From the NCBI GenBank assembly GCA_964612735.1, contig CAZTEB010000005.1, positions 4,080 through 34,225 of the forward strand: 30,146 bases of DNA, read 5' to 3'. A program made the position numbers and the translations under genes. This DNA is from an uncultured Pseudomonadales bacterium. Its GTDB lineage: Bacteria; Patescibacteriota; Microgenomatia; UBA1400; PJMF01. Shown one piece after another: positions 1-8,432 of this stretch (position 1 is its first letter; every line of letters begins with the position of its first letter). Below the pieces are notes generated by a model. That model was not told where the DNA came from. It saw only the letters and a list, made by a program, of their open reading frames with translations, and ran no database searches.

Positions 1-1221
1 GCTGTAGTCATAGGCTGGGTCGTTGATCAAGACATCATCATCTTGATCAGTTAAGCCCGCTGCCACCAAGAAGTGACCGGGTATTTGTAGAATGGTTGGT
101 TGGAGTTGAGCGAGTTCGGCACGAGTGGTGGCAAGTGCTGCATTGCGTTGTGTAACCTCGTCGGCAGTTTGGTCGTTCAAGCTGGTTTGAGTTGATTGGT
201 ATGAGTACTCCAGCTTAGGTGTAGTAAATGCTTCGCTAAGTTGTTGAGTCAGTCGAGTAGCTGCTATCCAGTTAAATAACCCATCGCCTACATAGCCGTC
301 TGGTTGATTGATCAGCCAAGTATTGAGGGTATCTGGAGTCAGCGGCGTGCCGTCGGGAAATTCTGTCATGCCATAGTAGTTCATGACCATTGCCATCGAA
401 GTAGTCAGACAGCCCCACCGAGACATGGTTGGATGATGGGACCAAAGACGGGCTGTGTCATATTCGTGCTCTGCCCAACTGGGATCAGTCTGTGTATAAA
501 TTGGGACACCGATCCCGGTGACAGGTTCAGCTTGGTCTTCTTCTGGAAGCAACTCGCGAACAACGACGTTGTCATAGCGAACTTGGGTCGGAAAAATGCT
601 GCCCGCGCCAGCTTTCAGTCCGATCTTTCCTACGTTGCCGTCCCAGGTCCAGTCTTGCTTAGTGATCAGTTCTTCATCGTCAATCATGATCTGAATCCAG
701 CCTTGGTAGAGCCGAATCTTGATATGATAGGTATGGTTATTTGCCAACTCAGCCGAAGCAAAAATGTTAAAAGGTGTGGCGCCATCTTTGACTCTAACTA
801 AATTGAAGCCGGTGGTGCCTAAGAAATGAAGCTCGTACCAATTCAGCAGATCTTCAAACCCAAATGAAATATTTCTATCAAAACCTTGAAGTGGCGTGAA
901 CTCAAATGCATACTCGATATTACCCCAGCTAGGATCCCAGTAGTCATCTTTAGGCACCAGTTCAGTTACGTGCGAGCGACGGTCGACGGTGACTGTTGCT
1001 GCGCCCTCGATGATTTCCCAGGGAGTACCACCTTCACGAACTTGTTGCCACTTATCTAAGCCATGTTCAAAATCATCTTTAAATAGTATCTGGCCAGTTT
1101 GTAGTTTCGGCGAGGATACTTCTTGTGCTTGAGCTGATGGAGGTGCCAAGGTAACAGCAATTCCAAGCCCTGCCGCTACCAGGCTAGCCACCAACCACTT
1201 TTTCCGGTATGCTCGCTGCAT
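1..1221 (-). CDS. Secreted C39-like (papain-fold) cysteine peptidase with N-terminal ConA/DUF1080-like beta-sandwich; runs off the window edge
   Basis: Not in the ORF track. Manual translation from ATG 1221 gives 407 codons with no stop to base 1: signal-like MQRAYRKKWLVASLVAAGLGIAVTLAPPSAQA, then FKDDFEHGLDKW...VRYDNVVV, then YTQTDPSW...WGCLTTSMAMVMNYYG...GHFLVAAG...INDPAY (Q, C, H, D pattern of Peptidase_C39_2-like proteins). Confidence 0.85.
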   Translation of the reverse strand, partial: MQRAYRKKWLVASLVAAGLGIAVTLAPPSAQAQEVSSPKLQTGQILFKDDFEHGLDKWQQVREGGTPWEIIEGAATVTVDRRSHVTELVPKDDYWDPSWGNIEYAFEFTPLQGFDRNISFGFEDLLNWYELHFLGTTGFNLVRVKDGATPFNIFASAELANNHTYHIKIRLYQGWIQIMIDDEELITKQDWTWDGNVGKIGLKAGAGSIFPTQVRYDNVVVRELLPEEDQAEPVTGIGVPIYTQTDPSWAEHEYDTARLWSHHPTMSRWGCLTTSMAMVMNYYGMTEFPDGTPLTPDTLNTWLINQPDGYVGDGLFNWIAATRLTQQLSEAFTTPKLEYSYQSTQTSLNDQTADEVTQRNAALATTRAELAQLQPTILQIPGHFLVAAGLTDQDDDVLINDPAYDYS

Positions 1222-1956
1222 ATGAATCCTGTCCGTACCTTTTACGATCGTTATCATCGCCAGAATGATGAGTACGCCGGTGTGATCTCTCGCACCAACT
1301 GTACCTATTGGTATATCTTGGAATACTTACATTTAGCTGTACCCAAGTTGAGCAATTTGCGCGTGCTCGATGTGGGGTGTGGGGTGGGTACACTGCCGCT
1401 ATATCTAGCGAAGCATGGAGCACTGGTGCGTGGTATCGATATCTCTGCTCGGGCTATCAGAATTGCTCAGAAGGCAGCAGAGCTCAGTGGTCTTGATGAT
1501 GCGGCGACGTTTGAAGAGGTTGAGCTCAAGCGAGGTGCAAAGAAATACGACCTAGTAGTGTGTAGCGAAGTGATTGAGCACATCCCTAATGATGTCGCGT
1601 TTATGAAGCAGCTAGCTAGCCATCTTAAGCCAGGTGGAGTACTACTACTGACTACGCCATCACGAGATAATGTGCTACATCAACTATCTTTTTATGAAGA
1701 ATTTGATAAAGAAGTGGGTCACCTGCGCAGATACACAGAAGAAGAGGTGATTCAATTGATTGAACAGGTTGGTTTAGAAGTGGTGAAGCTGAGGAGCGTC
1801 GAGGGACCACTTCGGAATCTGCTATTCACTACCTCGCTGGGGTTTTTAGTTAGGGGCATCAAGGGACCGCTGGTGCCGATCTTCCATTGGTTTGATCGAG
1901 TGAGCGCCAAGCTGTTTGGGGCGGCAGATATTCAAGTGATCGCTCGGAAATCATGA
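1222..1956 (+). CDS. Class I SAM-dependent methyltransferase (UbiG/Methyltransf_11-23-like)
   Basis: VLDVGCGVG motif I, GIDIS, YDLVVCSEVIEHI, LKPGGVLLLTTP; GHLRRY typical of glycan-locus methyltransferases. Confidence 0.9.
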   Translation: MNPVRTFYDRYHRQNDEYAGVISRTNCTYWYILEYLHLAVPKLSNLRVLDVGCGVGTLPLYLAKHGALVRGIDISARAIRIAQKAAELSGLDDAATFEEVELKRGAKKYDLVVCSEVIEHIPNDVAFMKQLASHLKPGGVLLLTTPSRDNVLHQLSFYEEFDKEVGHLRRYTEEEVIQLIEQVGLEVVKLRSVEGPLRNLLFTTSLGFLVRGIKGPLVPIFHWFDRVSAKLFGAADIQVIARKS

Positions 1957-2912
1957 AACTACTCCATATTACGCCTTCGTATATTCCTGATCGCGGCGGT
2001 GTTGAGACGCACGTTAGCGAAGTAGTTCAACTTCAGCAAAAAGATCACCAGGTCGACGTATTGGTGATGCCGAAGGTGAGTTCGAAGCTAGCTGTTTGGA
2101 AGTACATGTGGCGGCATCGAGCCCAGTTTCAGTGGGCTGACGTAGTCTTTATTCATGATATTTTTTGGAGCATTTTGCCAGTCTATCCATTGGTTGTTAG
2201 AAGAGTAATCACAATTTTTCACGGGTGGGAGGGTGTCTACCCAGTTCCATATAGGAATAAGTTGCAGCGTTGGGTAGCAGCCCAACTGTCTACGGCTGCT
2301 GTACATGTTGGCGCTTGGATTCAGGAGTTCTATTGGGATAGGCCGACGGCAGTAATTGAAGGCGGTATTCGTCTGCCCACATCGGTATCCTCGAAAAAGT
2401 TAGACTCAAAAGCAAAATCAAAAAAAGAGATTTCTGTTGTGTTCGTGGGTCGGCTTGAGCCAGAAAATGACATCGAAGCGTACTGTGTTTTGCTTGATCA
2501 ATTACTCGCAGATGGTGGCAAAGTTAGCGTGACTTGGGTGGGTGATGGTAGTTGGCGCAAGCGCTGTCAGCACTATGGTGAGGTTGTGGGAATGGTTGAA
2601 AACGTTGATACACACCTAGCCAAAGCTGATGTTGTTTTTGCAGCTTCGTATCTCTCAATTCTGAACGCGTTTGCTCACGGTAAGCCGGTGGTGGCACTCT
2701 ACTCCCACTACTTAAAACAGCGATATCTAGAGACGTTTTCGGGTGCTGAATTGCTGCTCATGTCCAGTGATATTGCTCGAATAAAAGAAGAACTACTAGC
2801 ATTTTTGAGTACACCAGCGAAGTATCAAAAACTCTCAACTAGAGCCCAAAGATTTGCCAAAGAGAACAGTTGGGAAGAGGTGGTCGGGGTGTATGAGGGG
2901 CTGCTAGGGTAG
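1953..2912 (+). CDS. Glycosyltransferase family 4 (GT-B)
   Basis: YIPDRGGVETHV, VVFVGRLEPEN, WVGDGS, ADVVFAASYLSILNAFAHGKPVV; ATGA overlap with upstream gene. Confidence 0.88.
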   Translation: MKLLHITPSYIPDRGGVETHVSEVVQLQQKDHQVDVLVMPKVSSKLAVWKYMWRHRAQFQWADVVFIHDIFWSILPVYPLVVRRVITIFHGWEGVYPVPYRNKLQRWVAAQLSTAAVHVGAWIQEFYWDRPTAVIEGGIRLPTSVSSKKLDSKAKSKKEISVVFVGRLEPENDIEAYCVLLDQLLADGGKVSVTWVGDGSWRKRCQHYGEVVGMVENVDTHLAKADVVFAASYLSILNAFAHGKPVVALYSHYLKQRYLETFSGAELLLMSSDIARIKEELLAFLSTPAKYQKLSTRAQRFAKENSWEEVVGVYEGLLG

Positions 2913-2952
2913 TTGCGGTAGCTTTTTGGTGTTTGTATGGTATCTTCGTGCT

Positions 2953-3681
2953 ATGAGTACTGAGCGACTCCAGCTTCATCGAGTAAGTACCGAGCTGAGC
3001 ACTTGGTTTCCAACGACTGACATCTCTGAGATTACTGTGTGCTCGACTCAGGCGAATCTTTTGAATGTACTACTTCTAGAGTTGGGTGGTCGAGAAGGAT
3101 GTAAGTATTCGGGGCTTTTTGAGATCTACCGTAGGTGCGAGGCATCAGATTGTGATGCCATCTCAAAGAAAGTCGTCTTTATCTTAAAACGCTATCTTTC
3201 ACTTAAGCCCTGTATAGAAGCTGCGCTTGTCTCTGGACAAATGAGGGAAAGTGGGCTTCCTGTGCCGCCAACCACGCGGTTCTTTTCACTAGAGGATAGT
3301 AGTCACAGGCTATTTCATTACTTGTTGATGACGAACCTAACGTACGGCAACAGATACTTGGTGTGGGGTAAAAGTGCTTCGATGACTAGGGAACAAAATA
3401 AGGATCTCAAGAGAATGAACTTAAGCTCAGATGATATTGCTTTTCTGGCTGTAGCTGTGGAGGAGGTGGCCGTTCAAGCAGCACAAGCGGGACACCTTTT
3501 GGGACAGGACAATTTTCACATTAGAAGGGAGTGCTCCACACAGCAGTTGGATGTAGTGTTGCTTGATCCCAACCAAATGAACAGAAGGCAGTCCCCATAT
3601 CCTAATTTAGAGAATGTTAATAAAGCTCAAGCTACAAACTTTATCAAGGACCTAAAAATGGAACTACTGTGTAGCTCTTAG
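2953..3681 (+). CDS. Hypothetical protein with weak kinase-like (Kdo/APH/RIO-type) features
   Basis: 242 aa from ATG 2953, preceded by TG-G-TATCTT and a 6-nt spacer; FILKRY, GLPVP, YLLMTNL, HLLGQDNF, VVLLD in kinase-fold order. Confidence 0.55.
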   Translation: MSTERLQLHRVSTELSTWFPTTDISEITVCSTQANLLNVLLLELGGREGCKYSGLFEIYRRCEASDCDAISKKVVFILKRYLSLKPCIEAALVSGQMRESGLPVPPTTRFFSLEDSSHRLFHYLLMTNLTYGNRYLVWGKSASMTREQNKDLKRMNLSSDDIAFLAVAVEEVAVQAAQAGHLLGQDNFHIRRECSTQQLDVVLLDPNQMNRRQSPYPNLENVNKAQATNFIKDLKMELLCSS

Positions 3682-3701
3682 TCTAGCGTGAGCGTCTCGC
3701 T

Positions 3702-4931
3702 TTACTTTGAGTACGACTGAAGTACCTCTGCAAGTGGTTTTAGCACGGTGTCTCTGTTAAATGTTTTCTGTACGAACTTCTTTCCAGCACTTCCCAACCT
3801 CTTCCTCAGCTTCAAATCCCGCATCATCACTTCCAGCTGCTTGGCTAAACTTTCAGCAGAATGTGGTTTGAATAGTAAGCCATTTTTCCTATGATTCACG
3901 ATCTCTCGTTGAGGACCAAAGTCTGTAGTGATCACGGGTACACCCAGTGCCATCGCTTCAATAGTCGTCATCCCAAAACCATCGAGCTCCCAAGCTCGGG
4001 TGAAGGTAAAAATATCACTCGCAGCTACAATGCTCTGTTTACGTTCCTGAGTTATAAAGCCAGTAAAGTGTGTATGATCATTAACCTGCAACTCAGCTGC
4101 TTTGTCCATCAGAAGTGCTTTCGATGGTCCATCTCCAATTACTACCAATTTCCATTTTTTACTCACAGTAGGATTAGTTTTTATCAATGTGGCATAAGCT
4201 TCAATCACCAGCTCTACTTCATTTTCACTCGCCAGTCTTCCCACATACGTAATGATCTTGTGCGATTCCAAAGAGTTTTTTTGTTTCCATTTTCGACCAG
4301 CTTTTCGCAGTGAGTCTAGCTCAGATTTCGAAAATGTTTGAGTGCTGGGATACACCAGCGTTATATTCTTCTTGGCAATGCTTGCATTTTTGTGCATACT
4401 CTGAATGGTCCATTTTGATGTTGAGATAAAGTGGCTTGGTAGGTTTTTTGTCAGAGAATACATCAATTTTGGAAAACCCCAGTTTTTCTTGAAGGTTGGT
4501 TCTAGGGGCCCAATCTCGATCCAGATTAGTGGTGTGGTGAGCGCAGTAACCAGTGGTGAGAATGTTAGTCTGTCGCTAAAACCTGGAAAGAGACAGATGA
4601 CTTGTTCGTAGTTGTTTTGAAGTTTTTGTAGTGTTTGATAGCACCAAAGCAATGCGGGTGGCGCTGCAAAAAAATACTTTATCAGTCCTTTGTAGTTGCC
4701 GATAAAGTCAAGCCGATAGGGTGCTTTGATCAGAGAGACGGAAGTGATCCCACGGTCTTTGAAGTATTCTGAGTAGATATGTGCCACATGATCATTATTA
4801 GTTGCGACCGTTAAGCTGTAGCCTAGTTCTATGGCATACTCGATTAACGACAAAAGATACCACTCAGCACCCCCCATAGCAGGGGTATCAAGTAGCGTAA
4901 AAATGTGCGTATTACCTTTGGCGCGCTTCAT
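3702..4931 (-). CDS. Glycosyltransferase family 4 (GT-B)
   Basis: MGGAEWY, YVGRLASEN, VIGDGP, DGFGMTTIEAMALGVPVITTDFGPQREIV. Confidence 0.92.
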   Translation of the reverse strand: MKRAKGNTHIFTLLDTPAMGGAEWYLLSLIEYAIELGYSLTVATNNDHVAHIYSEYFKDRGITSVSLIKAPYRLDFIGNYKGLIKYFFAAPPALLWCYQTLQKLQNNYEQVICLFPGFSDRLTFSPLVTALTTPLIWIEIGPLEPTFKKNWGFPKLMYSLTKNLPSHFISTSKWTIQSMHKNASIAKKNITLVYPSTQTFSKSELDSLRKAGRKWKQKNSLESHKIITYVGRLASENEVELVIEAYATLIKTNPTVSKKWKLVVIGDGPSKALLMDKAAELQVNDHTHFTGFITQERKQSIVAASDIFTFTRAWELDGFGMTTIEAMALGVPVITTDFGPQREIVNHRKNGLLFKPHSAESLAKQLEVMMRDLKLRKRLGSAGKKFVQKTFNRDTVLKPLAEVLQSYSK

Positions 4932-4973
4932 GGTGTGGTTTATTGTAGCCGAAGACTGCGTCTCTTCCAGACG

Positions 4974-6155
4974 CTATTTTATGGAGAAGGTTGTAGTCAG
5001 TTGTTGCAGTTCTGCTTTGGTAAGCTCGGGGTTGTTTGCAAAGTAGAGGCCTTGATCATGAATGAGCTCAGCATTTGGACAAGCTCTTAGTTCGGCATCT
5101 AACTCAGTGTGTTTGGTGAAAAAAGGCTGCTGTGCAATGTTGCCACCAACGATTGGTCTTATCTCAACCTTGCTTTTACAAGCAGCTACTAGCTTTGATC
5201 GTATCTCTGGAGTCTTGCAGACGAGTGGGAATGCAAAGTTTGAGATAGTGTCTAAGTGATCAAAACGCATTGGGTAATACCTATCATCGGCATATAACTT
5301 TTCTGCAAGTGTGAAAAAATTCTGCTGTCTTTTTTCTACTATTTCGTCAGCATACGAAAGTTGTTGTGTACCGAGAAATCCTGCGATTTCTGTTGGCCGC
5401 AGATTATAGCCTAAGTCGTAAAAGGTGTAGCGTGAGTAAAATCCTGAGTTGACCTTGTGAAGAGAGCGAATCTTCTTTTGATCTATCGTAGCTATGTTCC
5501 TATCCCAGCCATGGGCGCGAACGACGCGCAGCATGTTGGCTAATTCCTCGTCATCAGTGCAGACCATACCACCCTCGATGGTTGATAAGTGATGACCTAC
5601 ATAAAAAGAGAAGGTGCTTGCTAGGCCAAAGTTGCCAAGTTTCTTCTGATTGTAGACACTGCCTAGTGACTCACACGAGTCCTCGATGAGAATAATATTG
5701 CGATCTTTACATAGCTGTACGATCTCCTCGAGATCGTCGCAGAAGCCGAGTAAGTGCGTAATAAACAGGGCCTTGAGTGGAGTTTGTTCCAGCTTGGTTC
5801 GTAGCGTATCACTTGAGACATTGAGCGTGTCTAACTCGACATCAACTGGTATGGGACGTAGACCAAGCTCTAAAAGTGGCATTACGTTAGTCGACCATGT
5901 CAGTGCCGAAAAGCCAACCTCATCACCTGGTTGTAGCTTGCCCATATTCAATAGGGCTTGAATAAGTGCCAGGTTGGCCGAACTTCCGCTGTTTACAAAG
6001 ATGCTATGACCTCGCCCTTGCCACTGGCTGAACTCAGTTTCAAACGAGCGACAGTGGTCATTGAAGCTTAGTATTGGAGTCTTGGCTATCATGGCTGATA
6101 GCGCTCGCTTTGATTGAGCTTCCTTATAGAAGGTTGATTTTATAAGCTTTATCAT
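4974..6155 (-). CDS. DegT/DnrJ/EryC1/StrS-fold PLP enzyme, ColD-like nucleotide-sugar 3-dehydratase
   Basis: VNSGSSANL, EDSCESLG, SFYVGHHLSTIEGG (His at the usual PLP Lys position), RAHGWDRN, GYNLRP. Confidence 0.85.
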   Translation of the reverse strand: MIKLIKSTFYKEAQSKRALSAMIAKTPILSFNDHCRSFETEFSQWQGRGHSIFVNSGSSANLALIQALLNMGKLQPGDEVGFSALTWSTNVMPLLELGLRPIPVDVELDTLNVSSDTLRTKLEQTPLKALFITHLLGFCDDLEEIVQLCKDRNIILIEDSCESLGSVYNQKKLGNFGLASTFSFYVGHHLSTIEGGMVCTDDEELANMLRVVRAHGWDRNIATIDQKKIRSLHKVNSGFYSRYTFYDLGYNLRPTEIAGFLGTQQLSYADEIVEKRQQNFFTLAEKLYADDRYYPMRFDHLDTISNFAFPLVCKTPEIRSKLVAACKSKVEIRPIVGGNIAQQPFFTKHTELDAELRACPNAELIHDQGLYFANNPELTKAELQQLTTTFSIK

Positions 6156-6230
6156 GGTTTTGGTGTACTATATATCAGACTATTCTAGCGCATTACAAAG
6201 TAATGTCTTGGGTATATCAAAAATGCAGCT

Positions 6231-8432
6231 ATGAACATTTCTCTCATCATCACGGTGCTAAACGAAGCAGATTCGCTGGAGGCTTTGTTGGTGAGCGTTG
6301 AAGAACAGCGGCGAAGACCCGATGAAGTGGTGATCGTAGACGGTGGTTCTAGTGATGGGACTTGGGAGCAGTTACAAGCCTGGCAGCAAAAGTGGCAGCG
6401 GCAAAAAACTTCAAAAACGCTCTCAATTCAAGTCGCCCAACAGCACGGCAATCGTAGTGTGGGTCGTAATCACGCTATAGAGCTAGCTAGCTACGATTGG
6501 TTGGCAGTTACTGATGCCGGCTGCGTGTTAGATACTAACTGGCTGCACGAACTCGAGGCGACTGCCAATGCCAATCCAGAAGCTCAAGTGATCGCTGGTT
6601 ACTATCAGGGTGAGGCTGTCACATCTTTTCAACAAGCTGTAGTGCCGTATGCCTTAGTGATGCCAGATCGAGTCGATCCGGAGTCATTTTTGCCGGCTAC
6701 TCGTTCAATGATGCTCCATCGATTGGTGTGGGAGAAGTACGACAGTTTCGACGAGTCATTATCAGATAATGAAGATTATGCACTTGCTCGAGAGCTCAAG
6801 GCTGGTGGGGAAACGATAGTGTTTGCACGACAGGCTGTAGTTTGGTGGCGACCGCCGAGTGATCTACTTTCTTTCTTTTGGATGCTGCTGCGTTTTGCTC
6901 GTGGTGATGCTCAAGCAGGTCTATTTCGCCCCAAGGTCCTACTGCTTTTCTTGAGATATGTGATTGGCGTTGTAACAACTGGAGTTTTGTTTCTAGTAAA
7001 TGTCTGGCTAGCGCTGAGCTTTGTGATTAGTACTAGTAGCTTGTACGCAGGTTGGGCTGTCGTGAAAAATAAACGCTTCGTGCCAAATGGTTGGAGATGG
7101 TTGCCGACGCTGCAACTGGTAAGTGATGGGGCAGTGATGATCGGGACACTCTGGGGCTTGGTGAAACGACGAGCGGGACTTGTATTCATGGCTCTCTTTA
7201 TTCTCAGCTCGATACTCTACTTAGCAGGTGTGATGCGAGTTGGTACCGCTATCTGGGGTGATACCCATTACTACTACGCTTACACTCGGTCGTTGGTGAT
7301 GGATGGCGACATTGATTTTTACAATGAGTCACAGCATCCTGAGTTTGGCTTCCCCAATGGCCAAGTGATTATCGAACAGACCAGTAGAACCGAGAACGTC
7401 TTTTCCCCAGGCGCGCCACTGCTGTGGCTGCCTGGGTTCTTAGTGGGGCGAGCTTTAACCCAAGTGGCAAACGTCGCTGGCGCTACTCTACCAACCGATG
7501 GTTATTCACTACTGACTCAGGTGACTGTTGGTGTGAGTACTGTGTTGATGAGCGTAGCGGGCTTGTGGCTAGTGTATAGGTCACTGCTTACTCTTGGTAA
7601 ACGAAATGGTGATGTGCTTGCACAAAACTCTCAAGCAAGGTGGTTGACTGTCACTACGTTATTGGTAGCTACACCAGTTTTTTTCTACACGGCGCTCGAT
7701 CCTTTTAACTCGCACTCGGCGTCGTTACTGTTGTCATCACTGGCACTGTGGTTGAGCACTCGACTATTGGTCAGTACTACTCATCAGCGCTTGGCATTGT
7801 GGTTGTGTTTGGGGGTGGCGTTGGGATGGTTGGGATTAGTGCGCAATCAAGACATATTGTTGGTGTTGCCGATTGGGTTAGTAATACTGTTTAGAGCATT
7901 GCAGCAGCGATCGGCTTATGAGCTAAAGCAGTTAGTTTTGTTTAGTATCGGAGTTATCTCTATCTTCAGTATTCAGGTAGCTACTACCTACTATCTCTAC
8001 GGTCAGTTTGGGAGCCCCTATACCTTGCGTGGTCAAATGCTAAATTGGGGACAACCTGACATTATTCGTGTGTTGTTCTCGCAGGGAAATGGATTGTTGT
8101 ACTTTGCACCTGCGCTTCTACTTGCTCTGTATGGATTGGTAAAAACAGCACTTCAAAAGAATGAATCACTACTGCGAACGCTAGCTATGGCTGGCCTGTC
8201 ATACTTCTTGCTTGAGCTCTATGTGATCGCCAGCTGGGGACCAGAAATCGTAGGCGGCCCGTATGGTTCAAGGATGTTTATGGGTACACTGCCGTGGCTG
8301 GCGGTAGGATTATTCGCAACCTTAGCGAGCATATGGTCGAAAAAAGCATGGAGATTTTCCACGTTGTTATTGCTTGCTTTGGCAGCAAGTTGGAGCTGGT
8401 GGCAGACAGCTGTGATGCTGATGAGGTACTAA
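6231..8432 (+). CDS. GT2 glycosyltransferase fused to a multi-TM GT-C-like domain
   Basis: N-terminal ISLIITVLNE, IVDGGSSDGT, VTDAGC, NEDY; after about residue 315 GDTHYYYAYTRSLVMDGDIDFYNE and many hydrophobic segments, LVRNQD, YGSRMF. Confidence 0.8.
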   Translation: MNISLIITVLNEADSLEALLVSVEEQRRRPDEVVIVDGGSSDGTWEQLQAWQQKWQRQKTSKTLSIQVAQQHGNRSVGRNHAIELASYDWLAVTDAGCVLDTNWLHELEATANANPEAQVIAGYYQGEAVTSFQQAVVPYALVMPDRVDPESFLPATRSMMLHRLVWEKYDSFDESLSDNEDYALARELKAGGETIVFARQAVVWWRPPSDLLSFFWMLLRFARGDAQAGLFRPKVLLLFLRYVIGVVTTGVLFLVNVWLALSFVISTSSLYAGWAVVKNKRFVPNGWRWLPTLQLVSDGAVMIGTLWGLVKRRAGLVFMALFILSSILYLAGVMRVGTAIWGDTHYYYAYTRSLVMDGDIDFYNESQHPEFGFPNGQVIIEQTSRTENVFSPGAPLLWLPGFLVGRALTQVANVAGATLPTDGYSLLTQVTVGVSTVLMSVAGLWLVYRSLLTLGKRNGDVLAQNSQARWLTVTTLLVATPVFFYTALDPFNSHSASLLLSSLALWLSTRLLVSTTHQRLALWLCLGVALGWLGLVRNQDILLVLPIGLVILFRALQQRSAYELKQLVLFSIGVISIFSIQVATTYYLYGQFGSPYTLRGQMLNWGQPDIIRVLFSQGNGLLYFAPALLLALYGLVKTALQKNESLLRTLAMAGLSYFLLELYVIASWGPEIVGGPYGSRMFMGTLPWLAVGLFATLASIWSKKAWRFSTLLLLALAASWSWWQTAVMLMRY

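Noticed and set aside
304-801. 165-aa plus-strand ORF
   Set aside because: Antisense shadow of the C39 peptidase gene; no recognisable motifs
8294-8431. Track start of the 573-aa ORF (similarly 11328, 16163, 18586, 20264)
   Set aside because: Overlaps neighbouring genes or promoters; better-supported downstream starts exist
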